Source: Longicatena sp. (GTDB lineage: Bacteria; Bacillota_I; Bacilli_A; Erysipelotrichales; Erysipelotrichaceae). Taken from it: a DNA stretch of 55,755 nt. The position numbers were made by a program, and so were the translations under genes. The stretch is taken from NCBI GenBank assembly GCA_029258245.1, contig JARHZK010000191.1, forward strand, positions 1 to 55,755. The letters run 5' to 3'. The number at the start of each line of letters is the position of its first letter. Position 1 is the stretch's first letter. This document shows, piece by piece, positions 36,407-46,770 of the stretch. The notes beneath the pieces are model-generated. The model had not been told where the DNA came from and ran no database searches. It saw nothing but the letters and a program-made list of their open reading frames with translations.

Positions 36407-37294
36407 ATGACAAAAAACGATAATAGTTCTAGATTAGGAAAAGGACTATCTGCTATCTTTGGAGAAGATGTGAGTAATGTACTAGAAGATATTCAACAAG
36501 GTAAAACAGAAGTACATGAAGATAGTAAATTTGAAGTTCCTGTAAATGAAGTTAAACCAAATCCTTATCAACCTAGAAAACAATTTAATGATGATAAAAT
36601 TCATGAACTTGCGGATTCAATCAAATTACACGGTGTATTTACCCCTATTTTAGTAAAGAAGGCAGTTAAAGGATATGAATTAATTGCAGGGGAAAGAAGA
36701 CTTCGTGCTAGTAAAATTGCAGGATTAGAAACAATTCCAGCAATATTAATGGAATTTGATGATCAGCAAATGATGGAAATTGCACTATTAGAAAATATTC
36801 AACGTGAAGATTTGAATGCGATTGAAGAGGCACAAGGATATGAAAAATTAATAAAAAAATTAGGTTATACACAAGAAGAATTAGCAAAGCGTATCGGGAA
36901 ATCACGTGAACATGTTGCCAATATGTTACGTTTGTTAAAACTTCCAAAAACAGTTCAACAATATGTTGTTGATGGATTATTAAGCATGGGTCATGTTCGT
37001 GCATTATTATCATTAAAAGATGATGCATTAATGGAAGATATTGCGAAAAAAGCAATTGATTCACATTTATCTGTTCGTGCAGTTGAAGCATTAGTAAAAA
37101 ATATGAATGAACCACATGAAGAAAATGAAAAGAAAGAACGAGACATAAATTTAGATCAAGTGGAACAAAGATTACAAAGTCGTTTTGGAACAAAAGTTAA
37201 AGTTAGTGATAAACAAATTGTAATCAAATACCATGGCAATGAAGATTTAAATCGTTTATTAGAAATGATTGGTGGATTGGAAGAAGAAGCTTAA
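36407..37294 (+). CDS. spo0J: Chromosome partitioning protein ParB/Spo0J
   Basis: LGKGLSAIFGE, VKPNPYQPRKQF, LIAGERRLRA, LLENIQREDL, and the HTH segment GKSREHVANMLRLLKLP. Confidence 0.92.
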   Translation: MTKNDNSSRLGKGLSAIFGEDVSNVLEDIQQGKTEVHEDSKFEVPVNEVKPNPYQPRKQFNDDKIHELADSIKLHGVFTPILVKKAVKGYELIAGERRLRASKIAGLETIPAILMEFDDQQMMEIALLENIQREDLNAIEEAQGYEKLIKKLGYTQEELAKRIGKSREHVANMLRLLKLPKTVQQYVVDGLLSMGHVRALLSLKDDALMEDIAKKAIDSHLSVRAVEALVKNMNEPHEENEKKERDINLDQVEQRLQSRFGTKVKVSDKQIVIKYHGNEDLNRLLEMIGGLEEEA

Positions 37295-37314
37295 TCAATA
37301 GATTAACAAATTGT

Positions 37315-37348
37315 GCATCTTATGGAAAATATCATAAGGTGCTTTTTT
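37315..37348 (+). terminator. Intrinsic terminator of spo0J
   Basis: GCATCTTATG-loop-CATAAGGTGC followed by T6. Confidence 0.8.
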
Positions 37349-37350
37349 AA

Positions 37351-37388
37351 TAAAAAAAGATGATTCATTTAAAAAGATGAATCATCTA
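37351..37388 (-). terminator. Intrinsic terminator of the FemAB gene
   Basis: Minus strand AGATGATTCAT-loop-ATGAATCATCT followed by T7. Confidence 0.75.
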
Positions 37389-38636
37389 TTATTTATGTTT
37401 TAATTTTCTATATAAGTTATATTGAAGTGGACGAATTGGTAGAATAAAGTCTCCTACTAATTCTTCTACAACGCCTCCAAAACCTTTTTTAAATTCATAT
37501 ACGCCATAATCTACAGAATTTTTGCTAAAGTCTCCAGATAGACCATAGAAATTATAACGATTTATATGATTTTTTATACTTTCTTGAATCATATGCCATT
37601 GAATTGCATAAGGGGCATTGTATTTTCTAAATTCATCATATGCTGCACCATAAAGGTAGACACATTCATCTCCTTGTGTGACAAAGAAAGAAGTAGCCAT
37701 ATTGATAATGTTTCCATGCTGTTGTTTTAAATCTTGAAGTTCGGCTAATTTTTTGTTTGAATTTTCAATGGTTTGTTCAAATAATTCTTTTTTATTTTTA
37801 TTTTTCTCATTTTCTGGATCTTGCTCTAAACGTTTGTTAATATCATCTAGTTTTTTATTTGTATTTTTGATTTCATTTTTTAAATTTGCTTGGAATTCTT
37901 CTACATCCATGTATGCTAATAAAACTTTACAATCAACACCAAAAGCCTTTGTTTGATTGTAGTAAAATTCGTATGGGCGAGAAGCAAAATTACATCTCTG
38001 CGCTGTGTGTTCTAACATATCTGTAAAGATTTTTAGTTCGTCTAAATCAAGTGTACGAACTTTAATTCCTTCTTTATCTATCTTTTTGATAGAGCGACGT
38101 GTAAGTTGTCGCATTCCTTTTAATATTTCACTTTCAGTTTTATCTTTTAAATATAAAGAGAACATCCATCGTATTTCAGACAGTACTTGAAAATTTTTAG
38201 AGAAACCTTGGTGTTGAAAAGCGCAGGATTCTAGATTTTTAATCACATAAGAATGATCAAATCCACCTTCAACTAAATTTGCATCAATATCTCTTTCTTT
38301 ATATAGTACATTTGGATCTATTAATAAGTAAAGAGCTTTTTTTGCTTTTAAGTAACTTTTTAACTGACTGACAAAAAAATTTAGTAACTCTTGATTTTTA
38401 TAATCAATTAAGAAACCTCTTTGGGCATAATAAAACCGATAAACTTTCATTACAGGAATAGAAGATAATGCAGTTGCACAAATCAATTTATCATCTTCTT
38501 TAATTCCTACATAATCAACCTTCCAATGATTCATCAATTTTAAATCCATCGCTTGAACGGAATTCATAAAATCTCTATATGGATGTTGTTTTTGAAAAGT
38601 ATCGTATTCAGATTTTGTAATTTGTAAAAATTTCAT
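37389..38636 (-). CDS. FemAB-family peptidoglycan interpeptide-bridge aminoacyltransferase
   Basis: MKFLQITKSEYDTF... Two GNAT-like lobes are split by a Lys/Glu coiled-coil insertion, and the C-terminus reads YNFYGLSGDF...GVYEFKKGFGG. The ATG at 38636 follows AAGGAGC, so the 37-codon upstream extension in the track is unlikely. Confidence 0.8.
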   Translation of the reverse strand: MKFLQITKSEYDTFQKQHPYRDFMNSVQAMDLKLMNHWKVDYVGIKEDDKLICATALSSIPVMKVYRFYYAQRGFLIDYKNQELLNFFVSQLKSYLKAKKALYLLIDPNVLYKERDIDANLVEGGFDHSYVIKNLESCAFQHQGFSKNFQVLSEIRWMFSLYLKDKTESEILKGMRQLTRRSIKKIDKEGIKVRTLDLDELKIFTDMLEHTAQRCNFASRPYEFYYNQTKAFGVDCKVLLAYMDVEEFQANLKNEIKNTNKKLDDINKRLEQDPENEKNKNKKELFEQTIENSNKKLAELQDLKQQHGNIINMATSFFVTQGDECVYLYGAAYDEFRKYNAPYAIQWHMIQESIKNHINRYNFYGLSGDFSKNSVDYGVYEFKKGFGGVVEELVGDFILPIRPLQYNLYRKLKHK

Positions 38637-38895
38637 TTTTAAGCTCCTTGTATGTATAAATGATTTTAAATAGTATTTATATTTCCTTATAAGATAGTAT
38701 ATCCTTAGGTTATATTTATGGTTTACACTTATAAATAAATTATTCATTTTACTTGATGAATATAGTGTAGAATAGTTGCTTTGTTTATTTATAAAGATTT
38801 TAGTAAATGTAAAATATAGCCATTATATTTTTATTCTACATAAAAATTATAGCATAATTTAGAGATAATATCTGATGAAATATTGAGCATAGAAT

Positions 38896-39432
38896 TTAAG
38901 ATAAGTTTTTTAATATTTCTTTACGTATATAGTAGATTGTTTGATCTAAACCATGATCCTTTAAATACTCTAATAAATGTTGAGTTAGTTTTTTAGTATT
39001 TGGATGCATCATTACATTATCATAGCCGTTCATAAAGTATTCTAATGCACTAGCATCTGTATAGTTGTCTTTTTGATAATTCATAGAGGCGGCAATTCGA
39101 TCACATACCATTTCGACAACATAATTTACAGGCATTTCTAAAGGTTGAATGCCAAAGGGAGCATTTCCGTTATCTAGCCAATATTCCCAGTGATGTTTAT
39201 TTCTACCTTTATGATGTAACCATCCAAGGGAATATCCAACCATTTCTTTTTCTTTGTTGATTGGACTTCTAAATCCTTCATAATATTTTACACCAGACCA
39301 AAATTCAATAAAGGAATATTTTGATAAATCGTGTAAAATTCCTTGTTTAAATAAATGACAACGAAAACATAGTTTTGTTACTAAATATTTATGATGATTA
39401 ATTGTAGTTAAATGACCCCAAAAATTATGCAT
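38896..39432 (-). CDS. DUF5662-like protein (a family often mis-annotated as catalase)
   Basis: HLTTINHHKYLVTKLCF...GILHDLSKYS...GFRSPINKEKE...WLHHKGRNKHHWEYW pattern recalled from the DUF5662 family. Confidence 0.5.
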   Translation of the reverse strand: MHNFWGHLTTINHHKYLVTKLCFRCHLFKQGILHDLSKYSFIEFWSGVKYYEGFRSPINKEKEMVGYSLGWLHHKGRNKHHWEYWLDNGNAPFGIQPLEMPVNYVVEMVCDRIAASMNYQKDNYTDASALEYFMNGYDNVMMHPNTKKLTQHLLEYLKDHGLDQTIYYIRKEILKNLS

Positions 39433-39516
39433 ATATAGTACCTCTTTTATTTAGTAGTGTGGTTATTCTAGCATAAATTTTATAAAAATAAAAGAAGCAC
39501 AAAGACTTCTTAAATG

Positions 39517-40989
39517 TTATTTAGTTATAGATTTATTTTTTTTATGCATGGTTTTCCATGATAAGAAAGGGATAGATAATACAATTAAAATAATGATTGT
39601 TGCCCCAATATAGCTCCATGGCTGAGGAAATTTATCGGCATATCCTTGGACAAAAATAAAAATGATTATAATTGGTAAAACGTAACAAACATATTTATGA
39701 ATCCATTTAGGATATTTTAATCCTTTACCTGCATTGGATTCTTCTATAAAATTATTCCACCCCCAGCCATAGCGAGTAGTACAGAATAATAAATATAATA
39801 AGGAACCTAGAGGTAACAAGTTGCTTGATACAATGAAATCTTCAAGATCTTGAATTGTTGTACTAGCACCTAGTGGTTGAATAAAAGATAATACATTAAA
39901 TCCTAGTGCACAAGGAAGACTTAAAATTAATATAGCTATAGAATTGACAATGACAGCTTTTTTTCTAGTCCATCCACAATCCATTGCGAATGATACGATA
40001 TTTTCAAATACTGCAATAATTGTAGTGAATGCTGCAAAAGACATAAATAAAAAGAATAATGTTCCCCATAATCTGCCTCCAGACATTACATTGAATACAT
40101 TTGGTAATGTTACGAAAACTAATCCTGGGCCACTGTCTGCATCAACTCCAAATGAAAAACAAGCAGGGAATATAATTAATCCCGCAACTAATGCCACAAA
40201 AGTATCTAAAATACATACATTTAAACTTTCCCCTAATAGAGAACGATCTCGATCAATATAACTTCCAAAAATAGCTAGAGCACCAATTCCTAAGCTTAAA
40301 GTAAAGAATGCTTGACTCATAGCAGCATAAATAGAATTCCATATTCCATTTTCTAACATTTTATCAAAGTTGGGAATTAAATAAAATTCTAGACCACTTG
40401 ATGCATTCGGCAAAGTTATAGAACGTATAACTAAGATTACCATGATTAGTAATAAAGAAGACATCATATATTTTGAAATTTTTTCTACTCCATTTTGTAA
40501 TCCTCTACTACAAACAAAAAATCCAACAATAATAATTACACACATCCAAACAATATTTTGTATAGGATCTTCTAACATAGTATTAAAAGTTTGACCAACT
40601 TCATTTGTTGTTAATCCTTGAAATTGCCCTGTAGCCATTTTTATACAATAGTTAATCATCCAGCCCCCAACAGTTGTATAAAACATCATTAAAATATAGT
40701 TCCCTGCAATTGCTAAATATTTAATTTTATTCCATTTTGTACCCTTTGGCTCTAGTATATCAAATGATTTTGCTGCAGATTTTTTTGAAGCTCTTCCTAC
40801 AGAAAATTCCATAACCATGATTGGTAATCCTAATACAACAAGAAATAGTAAATACATTAAAATAAATGCAGCCCCTCCATATTTACCTGTTATATAGGGA
40901 AATCTCCATACATTTCCTAATCCTATTGCGCAACCAGCAGAAATTAGGATAAAGCCTAATCTCGATGAGAATTTCTCTCTATTATTCAT
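39517..40989 (-). CDS. Sodium-dependent transporter, neurotransmitter:sodium symporter (SNF) family
   Basis: REKFSSRLGFILISAGCAIGLGNVWRFPY N-terminal NSS signature, with about 11-12 TM segments. Confidence 0.88.
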   Translation of the reverse strand: MNNREKFSSRLGFILISAGCAIGLGNVWRFPYITGKYGGAAFILMYLLFLVVLGLPIMVMEFSVGRASKKSAAKSFDILEPKGTKWNKIKYLAIAGNYILMMFYTTVGGWMINYCIKMATGQFQGLTTNEVGQTFNTMLEDPIQNIVWMCVIIIVGFFVCSRGLQNGVEKISKYMMSSLLLIMVILVIRSITLPNASSGLEFYLIPNFDKMLENGIWNSIYAAMSQAFFTLSLGIGALAIFGSYIDRDRSLLGESLNVCILDTFVALVAGLIIFPACFSFGVDADSGPGLVFVTLPNVFNVMSGGRLWGTLFFLFMSFAAFTTIIAVFENIVSFAMDCGWTRKKAVIVNSIAILILSLPCALGFNVLSFIQPLGASTTIQDLEDFIVSSNLLPLGSLLYLLFCTTRYGWGWNNFIEESNAGKGLKYPKWIHKYVCYVLPIIIIFIFVQGYADKFPQPWSYIGATIIILIVLSIPFLSWKTMHKKNKSITK

Positions 40990-41173
40990 ACTTTCACACC
41001 CTTTTAAGCTATTTTAAAGGAATTGAAATTGAATGTCAATGTATTGAAAATGCTACATTGTTTTTCTTTTTATTTAAGAATATTATTCATTTATATATCT
41101 TTATAAAATAGAATAAATCATTCGACATTATATTTATTCATGGTATACTATACCTCGTAAAGAGGTGTTAAAT

Positions 41174-42043
41174 ATGGAAATGCATAGAAATTCTCGCTGT
41201 TGGTGCGGAAGTGGAAAAAAATATAAACAATGTCATGAAAAATTTGATGAAAAGATTCGTCTATTAGCACAACAAGGAAATATTGTTCCAGATCGTAAAT
41301 TAATTAAAAATAAAAAAGATATTTTGGGAATAAAGAAAAGTGGAGAAATTAATACTGGAGTATTGGATCATGTTGCAAAGCATATACATGCAGGAATGAG
41401 CACAGGGGATATTGATCGTCTTGTGTATGATTATACAGTTTCTCATGGAGCAATTCCAGCTCCTTTAAATTACGAAGGATTTCCAAAAAGTGTGTGCACT
41501 TCAATTAATGATGAAGTGTGTCATGGAATTCCGGATGATACTATTATTTTACAAGAAGGAGATATTGTGAATGTTGATGTATCTACAATTTATCATGGTT
41601 ATTATTCCGATGCATCACGTATGTTCATGATTGGAAATGTAAGTGAAGAAGCAAAACGTTTGGTTGAGGTTACTAAAGAATGTTTAGAAGTTGGGATTAA
41701 AGCGGTTAAGCCTTGGGGGCATGTTGGAGATATTGGTGCTGCTATTTACGAATATGCAACAAGTAAAGGCTATAGTGTCGTTATGGATTTTGCAGGTCAT
41801 GGAGTAGGAAAAGAATTTCATGAAGATCCAATAGTATCTCATGTTTCAAGAAAAGGAACTGGAATGATTTTAGCTCCTGGAATGGTATTTACAATTGAAC
41901 CAATGATTAATGAAGGAGATTATCATTTATTTATTGATGAAGATAATGGATGGACTGCATACACAGAAGATGGAAAGCTTTCTGCACAATGGGAACATAC
42001 ATTATTAGTTACAGAACATGGTGTCGAAATATTAACATATTAA
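41174..42043 (+). CDS. map: Type I methionine aminopeptidase with an N-terminal SEC-C zinc motif
   Basis: CWCGSGKKYKQCH SEC-C motif. MetAP metal ligands lie in VNVDVS...YHGYYSDASRMF, GHGVG, and FTIEPMIN...EHT. Confidence 0.9.
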   Translation: MEMHRNSRCWCGSGKKYKQCHEKFDEKIRLLAQQGNIVPDRKLIKNKKDILGIKKSGEINTGVLDHVAKHIHAGMSTGDIDRLVYDYTVSHGAIPAPLNYEGFPKSVCTSINDEVCHGIPDDTIILQEGDIVNVDVSTIYHGYYSDASRMFMIGNVSEEAKRLVEVTKECLEVGIKAVKPWGHVGDIGAAIYEYATSKGYSVVMDFAGHGVGKEFHEDPIVSHVSRKGTGMILAPGMVFTIEPMINEGDYHLFIDEDNGWTAYTEDGKLSAQWEHTLLVTEHGVEILTY

Positions 42044-42060
42044 TAATAGAGGAATAATAT

Positions 42061-42507
42061 ATGAAAGTTGTTTTACAAAGAGTAAGTCATGCATCATGTA
42101 CAATTGATGGAAACTTGCACGGAAGTATTCAAACTGGTTTTTTAGCACTTGTAGGAATTACGCAAAGTGATAGCGAAGAAATAGTAAAAAAGATTGCAAA
42201 AAAATGTTTTGAATTACGTGTGTTTGAAGACGAAAATGGAAAAATGAATAAAAGTCTAGTGGATGTAAATGGAGATATTTTATCCATTTCACAATTTACT
42301 TTATATGCAGATTGTAAAAAAGGAAGAAGACCAAGCTTTGTAAATGCTGCAAGGCCAGACCAAGCAAATCCGTTATATGAGTTATTTAATGAAGAATTGC
42401 GTACATATGGATTGAAAGTTCCAACAGGGATTTTTGGAGCTGATATGAAAATAGAATTGTTAAATGATGGTCCGATTACCATTATTTTAGATAGTAATGA
42501 ATTATAG
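42061..42507 (+). CDS. dtd: D-aminoacyl-tRNA deacylase
   Basis: MKVVLQRV start, SQFTLYAD, GRRPSF, and GADMKIELLNDGPITI. Confidence 0.92.
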   Translation: MKVVLQRVSHASCTIDGNLHGSIQTGFLALVGITQSDSEEIVKKIAKKCFELRVFEDENGKMNKSLVDVNGDILSISQFTLYADCKKGRRPSFVNAARPDQANPLYELFNEELRTYGLKVPTGIFGADMKIELLNDGPITIILDSNEL

Positions 42508-42517
42508 GAGATGAAAT

Positions 42518-43375
42518 ATGGGTATAGTAGTATATGGTAGCGAAATTGCTAAAAAAATTAAACTAGAAATGATAGAAAAGGTTAAAAACTTAAAAGATAA
42601 TGGAAAGAGATTACCTAAACTAGTTGTTGTTTTAGTAGGAGAAAATCCTGCAAGTATTTCTTATGTTAAAGGAAAAGAAAAAGCGTGTACTGAAATAGGA
42701 ATGGAAAATGAATTAATTAAACTTCCAGAAACAATTTCACAAGAAGAATTATTAGAGGTTGTGAAAACTTTAAATAAGGATGATGAGGTTGATGGAATTT
42801 TAGTCCAATTACCTTTACCAAAGCAAATCGATGAACATGCTATTTTACATGCAATTGATCCATCGAAAGATGTAGATGGATTTCATCCACATAGTCTAGG
42901 TAAATTAATGTTACAAGAAGAAACTTTTATTTCATGTACTCCAAAGGGTATTATACGTATATTAGAAGAAATAGGAATGAAAGATTTGAGTGGAAAACAT
43001 GCAGTTGTTATTGGAAGAAGTAATATTGTTGGAAGACCGCTTGTGCAATTGTTAATTAATCATAATGCCACAGTTACGGTGTGTCATTCAAAAACAGAAA
43101 ATATTGAGAGTATCGCATCCCAAGCGGATATATTAATCGTATCTGTTGGCAAGCCACGATTAGTTAATCATAATTGGGTAAAAGATGGAGCCGTTGTAAT
43201 TGATGTTGGAATTAATCGTGATGAAAATAATAAACTTTGTGGCGATGTTGATTTTGATGATGTTGTTGATAAAGTAAGTTATATTACACCTGTACCAAAA
43301 GGAGTAGGCCCTATGACAATTACGATGTTGTTAGAAAATACAATTCATTCTTATAATATAAGAGAAAATAAATAG
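42518..43375 (+). CDS. folD: Bifunctional methylenetetrahydrofolate dehydrogenase/cyclohydrolase
   Basis: PKLVVVLVGENPASISYVKGKEKA, DGILVQLPLP, KDVDGFHP, VIGRSNIVGRPL, and PVPKGVGPMTI. Confidence 0.93.
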   Translation: MGIVVYGSEIAKKIKLEMIEKVKNLKDNGKRLPKLVVVLVGENPASISYVKGKEKACTEIGMENELIKLPETISQEELLEVVKTLNKDDEVDGILVQLPLPKQIDEHAILHAIDPSKDVDGFHPHSLGKLMLQEETFISCTPKGIIRILEEIGMKDLSGKHAVVIGRSNIVGRPLVQLLINHNATVTVCHSKTENIESIASQADILIVSVGKPRLVNHNWVKDGAVVIDVGINRDENNKLCGDVDFDDVVDKVSYITPVPKGVGPMTITMLLENTIHSYNIRENK

Positions 43376-43386
43376 AGGAAATTTAT

Positions 43387-43605
43387 ATGATAAAAGAAGA
43401 ATATGGATTAAATGATATTGTTGAAATGAAAAAAGAACACCCATGTCATAAATCTAAATATTGGAGAATTATACGTATGGGTGCAGATATTCGCATAAAA
43501 TGTTTAGGTTGTGGTACAAGTGTTTTATTTCCACGTGTTGAGTTTGAAAAGAAATTAAAAAAAGTTATTGAACATGCTCCAAAAGAAAATCAAGAAGATT
43601 GCTAA
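43387..43605 (+). CDS. DUF951-family small protein
   Basis: DIVEMKKEHPCHKSKYWRIIRMGADIRIKCLGCGTSVLFPRVEFEKKLKKV matches the conserved DUF951 pattern. The family is commonly found next to ychF. Confidence 0.75.
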   Translation: MIKEEYGLNDIVEMKKEHPCHKSKYWRIIRMGADIRIKCLGCGTSVLFPRVEFEKKLKKVIEHAPKENQEDC

Positions 43606-43685
43606 ATTGCAATCTCTTTTTTATTGAAATAGTTGCATAACATAAAAAAAAACGGTAGAATGTTAACGTTGAGAGGAATGATAGA

Positions 43686-44789
43686 ATGGCATTAACAGCA
43701 GGAATTGTTGGACTTCCTAATGTAGGAAAGTCAACGTTATTTAACGCAATTACAAAATCACAAGTAGAGGCTGCAAATTATCCTTTTGCAACAATTCAAC
43801 CGAATGTTGGAGTTGTAGAAGTTCCAGATTATAGAATGGATCGTTTAGTTGAATTATTTCATCCAAAGAAAACAATTTATACAACTTTTGAATTTACAGA
43901 TATTGCAGGTCTTGTAAAAGGTGCAAGTAAAGGAGAAGGCTTAGGAAATCAATTTTTAAGTAATATACGATTAACAGATGCAATTTGTCATGTGGTTCGT
44001 TGTTTTGATGATAATAATATTACTCATGTTGAAGGAAGTGTAGATCCAATTCGTGACATTGATATTATTAATCTTGAATTGGTAATGGCTGATTTACAAA
44101 CAGTTGAAAATCGATTAAGTAAAGTAGAACGTAAAGCGATGACAAATAAGGATAAAGAATCAGTAGCTGAAGTTTCTGTATTGAAAAAATTAAAAGAAGT
44201 ATTAGAAGCAGGAAAACCTGCAAGAACAGTAGAATTAGATAAAGAAGAACTATTACTAATTAAAGCTTTTAATCTATTAACTATTAAACCGATGATTTAT
44301 ATTGCAAATATGTCTGAGGAAGAAATTGCAGATCCTGAAAGTAATGTTTATTATCAAAAAGTTAAAGAACTTGCAGATAATGAACATAATCAAGTCGTTC
44401 CAATTTGTGCAAAAATTGAAGAGGAATTATCTAGTTTAGATAAAGAAGAAAAGAATATGTTTTTACAAGAATTAGGTATTCCAGAGAGCGGGTTGGATAA
44501 AGTTATTAAAACAGCTTATCAAATCCTTGATTTATGTACTTTTTTAACGGCAGGAGAAGACGAATGCCGGGCATGGACTTTCCATAAGGGAATGTTAGCT
44601 CCACAGTGTGCAGGCGTTATACACACGGATTTTGAAAAGGGATTTATTCGTGCAGAATGTTATCGATTTGATGATATTGATGAATTAGAAAGTGAACAAG
44701 CTGTCAAAGAAGCAGGAAAACTAAGACTTGAAGGAAAAGAATACGAAGTTCAAGATGGAGATATTTTGCATTTTAGATTCAATGTTTAA
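43686..44789 (+). CDS. ychF: Redox-regulated ATPase YchF
   Basis: GIVGLPNVGKSTLFNA, YPFATIQPNVG, FTDIAGLVKGAS, and the C-terminal TGS domain ...RLEGKEYEVQDGDILHFRFNV. Confidence 0.93.
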   Translation: MALTAGIVGLPNVGKSTLFNAITKSQVEAANYPFATIQPNVGVVEVPDYRMDRLVELFHPKKTIYTTFEFTDIAGLVKGASKGEGLGNQFLSNIRLTDAICHVVRCFDDNNITHVEGSVDPIRDIDIINLELVMADLQTVENRLSKVERKAMTNKDKESVAEVSVLKKLKEVLEAGKPARTVELDKEELLLIKAFNLLTIKPMIYIANMSEEEIADPESNVYYQKVKELADNEHNQVVPICAKIEEELSSLDKEEKNMFLQELGIPESGLDKVIKTAYQILDLCTFLTAGEDECRAWTFHKGMLAPQCAGVIHTDFEKGFIRAECYRFDDIDELESEQAVKEAGKLRLEGKEYEVQDGDILHFRFNV

Positions 44790-44935
44790 ATATTTGTGGT
44801 TTGGGTTTTACCTAAATCACTTTTTTTAAACTTTATATTTTAAATATGTATGAAAATAAATGAAAATAATTATGAATTGTAAAAGTGTTTCATTAGTGTT
44901 ATGATATAACTATATTACGAAAGGAGTATGACATC

Positions 44936-45259
44936 ATGAAATTAATTTTAGCAATTATGTCAAACGATGATAGTCCTGCCGTTTCTAGTGCATTAACAAA
45001 AGAGAACTATCAGGTAACTCGTTTAGCTACTACTGGAGGATTTTTAAGAGCTGGCAATACGACATTAATCGTAGGTACTGATGATGATAAAGTAGAGCGG
45101 GCAATTGAAGTTATTGGTGAATATAGCAGAAGACGTACCGAAGTTGTTCCAAGTACAGCATCTTATGATATCGGTCGTTATGCTTCATTCCCAGTAGAAG
45201 TTCAGGTTGGAGGAGCTACAATATTTGTTATTGATGTAGAAAAGTTTATTAAATTATAA
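44936..45259 (+). CDS. darA: PII-like cyclic-di-AMP receptor (DarA/PstA/YaaQ family)
   Basis: MKLILAIMSNDD...VTRLATTGGFLRAGNTTLIVGTDD...GGATIFVIDVEKF is the YaaQ/DarA signature. The length is about 107 aa. Confidence 0.85.
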   Translation: MKLILAIMSNDDSPAVSSALTKENYQVTRLATTGGFLRAGNTTLIVGTDDDKVERAIEVIGEYSRRRTEVVPSTASYDIGRYASFPVEVQVGGATIFVIDVEKFIKL

Positions 45260-45275
45260 TAAAAAAAGGAACTCC

Positions 45276-46647
45276 ATAAAATTGAAGTGAACCTCCTTAT
45301 TTGGACAATTAAAATAAGTATATTATGAATTAATAAGGATTGATTTCTGTAATCAACAGGAGTTAATCCTTTTAATTTTGTTGTGATTCTTCCATTGTTT
45401 TTTTGAAGTTCTTCTAAAGAATAGAAAGTTTATTCAAATCCATATAATATTTCATTCTTCATCTTACCGAAGAAATTTTCTATAGGTGAATTATCTAAGC
45501 AGTTGCCTTTACGTGACATTGATTGGATAATTCCTTTTTCTTTTCGTGATTCATGGTAAGGTTGCATTTGGTATTGCCAACCTTGATACTTTGTAATAGC
45601 AATCCATTTAAATTTTTATGTTTATCAAATGCTTTAGCATGTCTAGTGTTTGTTCAAAGTTAGGTGATTTAGAAATATTAAAAGAGATAATTTTTCTATT
45701 GTGTATATCGATAATTGGAGATAAATATAATTTTCCTGCAGCGATATGAAAATCAGATGCATCGGTTGACCATTTTTCTTTATATACTATTTTCGTTAAT
45801 AATAGATTTTTAGTTGTGCCATTCATATCACCTTTATAAGATTTGTATTTAGCTTTCGGTATTAAGGCATATAAGCCCATCTTAACCATTAAACGTTTGA
45901 TCTTCTTATGATTCACTACATATCCTCTTTTTGCTAATTCTAAAGTAATTCTACGGTATCCATAGCAATTTTTATTGGTGTAAAAGAGATCGATGATAGT
46001 ATTTATAATTCCATCGTTTTTAGTATCTTTATCGCATGTATTTATAGTGTAATAATATGCTTAGCGTGTAACACCAAATACTTTTAGAAGAATCCTTAAA
46101 AGGTATTTGCGCTGTAATTCAAATATAACCGTTACTTTTTCTTCGATTGTTGATTCTTCTTTGACTGAACTACAACTTGCAATTTTTTTAAGTACTCATT
46201 CTCTGTTTCAAATTCTAAGATTCTTTGAGCTTTCGCTTTAATAATGGCATCCTTATCATTTGGATCTAAAGGTTTGATTTTTTTCATAGTAGATTTTCTT
46301 CCTTTTTTTCATTCTAGTATATCATAACCATTCTCTTTATAGGAACGTATCCAGTTATCAAGAATTCTTTTAGAAGGTAACCCATATTCAATAGCTGTCG
46401 AATTTTTGAAATAAACTCTGTTTTTTTCATTATGTAGCATATCTATTCCGTGTTTATCAATTAATTGAATCAAATATGCAACTCCATGATTGTTGATTCT
46501 ATATTCTTTAACTAAAGAGTTATAAGTTTTTACTTCATTATATTTATAATATATTTCTATTTTTTTGTTCTCTTGTAAGCTTAGTTATAATAAAAAGTGA
46601 ATCTCCTTCGTTAGTTGTCTAACTTAGGGGATTCACTTCAATTTTAT
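45276..46647 (-). mobile_element. Decayed IS3-family (IS150-like) insertion sequence
   Basis: Terminal inverted repeats: ATAAAATTGAAGTGAAcCtCC (left, from 45276) against the reverse complement of the right end, ATAAAATTGAAGTGAAtCcCC (ending 46647). Internally there are OrfA-like (ITKLTREQK...LIDKHG...YKENGYDILE) and OrfB-like (HKKIKRLM...KWSTDASDF...YLSPIIDIHNRKIISF...GWQYQ...[20 protein letters not shown]) segments. Confidence 0.8.
45330..46591 (-). pseudogene. IS3-family transposase pseudogene (orfA/orfB with nonsense codons, a frameshift and no ATG)
   Basis: The reading frame carries internal TGA (after ...GYDILE) and TAA (after ...FGVTR) codons and stops after ...LINIKI. The DDE-domain C-terminus continues in another frame with further stops. 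Only a 102-aa fragment (45608-45916) survives in the ORF track. Confidence 0.8.
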
Positions 46648-46710
46648 ATCATATTTACTGCTTTTTAGCTAATATATGAGGGATAAAATAATTATAGCTA
46701 TTTAATATAG

Positions 46711-46756
46711 AAAAAAACAAAAAACGCTCTAATCCCCTAAAATGGATATTAGAGCA
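46711..46756 (-). terminator. Intrinsic terminator of the NlpC/P60 gene
   Basis: Minus strand GCTCTAAT-(14 nt)-ATTAGAGC followed by GTTTTTTGTTTTTTT. Confidence 0.8.
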
Positions 46757-46770
46757 TATTTGTTTATTTG

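Noticed and set aside
36900-36918. CACGTG core within spo0J, examined as the intragenic parS known from Bacillus
   Set aside because: Only the central 8 bp match (AATCACGTGAACAT) and the flanking arms are not palindromic.
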